DNA of 63,373 nt, the filler included, from Choristocarpus tenellus KU-1152 (lineage: Eukaryota; Protista; Phaeophyceae): assembly GCA_964200185.2 (NCBI GenBank). It is 6 parts of 6 records of this genome, joined end to end, with 100 filler letters (N's around TTAATTAATTAA, not from the genome) between each part and the next. Parts side by side here need not be neighbours in the genome. Positions count along the whole stretch, not along the records: positions 55,929 to 63,373 come from CAXNAD020006145.1; 5 more parts are not named here. The stretch is one strand, 5' to 3'. The notes under the pieces were generated by a model. It was given only the letters and a program-made list of their open reading frames with translations. It ran no database searches and was not told the origin of the DNA. Made by a program: the position numbers and the translations under genes. Below, in pieces: positions 61,801 through 63,373 of this stretch (within the stretch, counting starts at the first letter, position 1; each line of letters opens with the position of its first letter).

Positions 61801-63373
61801 ACACATTAAGTTATGCAATCGATATTGCTGCACACTAGATACGAAAAAATGATCCCTTCCTTCATACGTTAAGTACAAACAAGACCGATGTGCTTGTAAT
61901 ATGAGTGTACAACTGCCATTTACATTTTCCTCTGAATTTATTCCCAACAGGCCTACACCCTGGACCCAAAGGGAGCAAATCCAGGTGGGAAGCAGGTCAT
62001 CAACTATTTGCTTGCCGAGATGGAGAACAGACGTGATGAACTAGTGGTGGCATTTGCTGGCTACCCCAAGGACATGGAGGCCTTGTTCGAGTACAATGAG
62101 GGACTTCCAAGTCGCTTTCCAGATACTCTGTTCTTCCCAGACTACAGCAATGAAATTCTCTTACAAATTTTTATGGGACTGATGAAGAAAAAGAAGGGCA
62201 ATCAGCCCCTTCGTCTTGACCCTTCACCTGAGGGGGAGGGAGAACGCTGGGCTCGTGTTGCCATCCAACGCCTAGGGCGCAGGCGTGGCATCCGAGGTTT
62301 TGGCAATGCCAGGGCTGTGTGGGTGTTGCTGGACCAGGTGCTACAGAGACAGACTGATAGGCTTACACGCAATGGAGGGGGACGGGGGGTAATGAGTGGC
62401 AGTGTCGATCCATTTGTGCTAATAAAGCCTGATCTCCTGGGAGAGAGGGTCTCTGACCTGGAAGCCTCAGCTTCATGGCAGGAGTTGAAGAAGAAGGTGG
62501 GACTCGGTAAGGTGAAGGATTCTGTACGAGCTTTAGCGGAGATTGTTAAGACCAACTTCATCTTAGAGGAGGAGGAGAAGCCACTACGTGCAATTGCTCT
62601 GAACCGGTGCATGTTAGGGAACCCTGGCACTGGTAAGAAGAATTCAATGTAACATCATATCGTCTAGATGTGAGACACACTGTTTCAAGAAAAACAGCTG
62701 CGCTTCCTGTCTTCCATGGGAACTCAAATAGAGTGTCGATTTAGAAAGAATATGCATACCCTATTATTGATAGTGCTGTCTTGAACATCTCCATATTGGT
62801 CAAGTTCGATCAGAATCATTTCCTTGCTAGTTGCGTTCAAGAAACAAGTGGATCATGCCACAACAATGTCTGAAATGGATCTACTTTTAATATTCCACAG
62901 GTACTGTCATATTCAGGGGTAGTGAAAAGAAGTGGTACCTGTACAGTGGAGACGAGTAAAGGTTCCATTGTGTAGCTCATGGTATTGTTGAGGTGTTCCT
63001 TGCGAAAGCCTAGAGGATGCAAATGTCACACGGTCATGATGGAAGGAAAAAATATGGAACATCTCCCTTGACCCTCATCAACATCCGACCCAACTCAACT
63101 TAATCCCATATCCAGGGAAGACAACAGTTGCCACCATCTATGCTGGAATTCTTAAGGATCTCGGTCTCCTGTCTAAGGGTGAGGTAGTCCTTAAGACTGC
63201 CTCAGATTTTGTTGGCTGCCACCTTGGTGAGAGTGAGGACAAGACACGTGCCATCCTCAAAGCATCTGAGGGTTGTGTCCTTGTCATTGATGAGGCGTAT
63301 TCATTGCGTAGTGGTGGGGGGGTAGGCACTGCCAACAGTGGGGGTGGATCGGCCTCAGATCCGTACAGATCGG
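58869..63373 (+). CDS. NFX1-type zinc finger + tandem CbbX/SpoVK-like AAA+ ATPase protein, partial at both ends
   Basis: Exons 58869-60852, 61951-62632, 63116-end splice in frame. Cys/His knuckle CH...C...CPKGH...C...PCRTC, then coiled coil. AAA-1: GLDSIK, GSPGTGKT, LLFVDE/AY, FAGY, NEGLPSRF, FGNARAV. AAA-2: VGLGKVK, GNPGTG/KT, SDFVG, VLVIDEAY. Confidence 0.9.

Noticed and set aside
60300-63373. Rubisco activase CbbX
   Set aside because: The AAA domains are tandem and embedded in a large zinc-finger protein, unlike single-domain CbbX.

Overview
Eukaryotic, intron-rich nuclear DNA, most likely from a brown alga or close stramenopile relative. This is inferred from a bipartite signal-peptide + ADA/F plastid-targeting motif and a LINE RT of a type common in Phaeophyceae. 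The window is six separate contigs joined by artificial N44-TTAATTAATTAA-N44 linkers (6776-6875, 21897-21996, 29865-29964, 50345-50444, 55829-55928), so adjacency across linkers is not biological. Genes reconstructed by hand from GT-AG exons: (1) 3' part of a membrane class III nucleotide cyclase whose last catalytic domain lacks the catalytic Asn/Arg; (2) 3' end of NAC-beta/BTF3; (3) a cryptic minus-strand multi-exon coiled-coil gene; (4) a QSOX-type ERV/ALR sulfhydryl oxidase module; (5) a complete Sm D3; (6) a plastid-targeted ThiO-like glycine oxidase with a long acidic tail; (7) part of a large NFX1-zinc-finger + tandem CbbX/SpoVK AAA+ protein. There is also a tRNA-Ile(GAT)-like sequence. 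The repeat landscape is dominated by a ~257-bp MITE family with about 15 copies, GAG...CTC ends, 3- or 4-bp TSDs, an internal hairpin, self-nesting and a tandem array. Two sister MITE families share its terminal motif. Decayed gypsy, copia, RTE, CRE-like and pogo-like elements and a probable solo LTR are also present.
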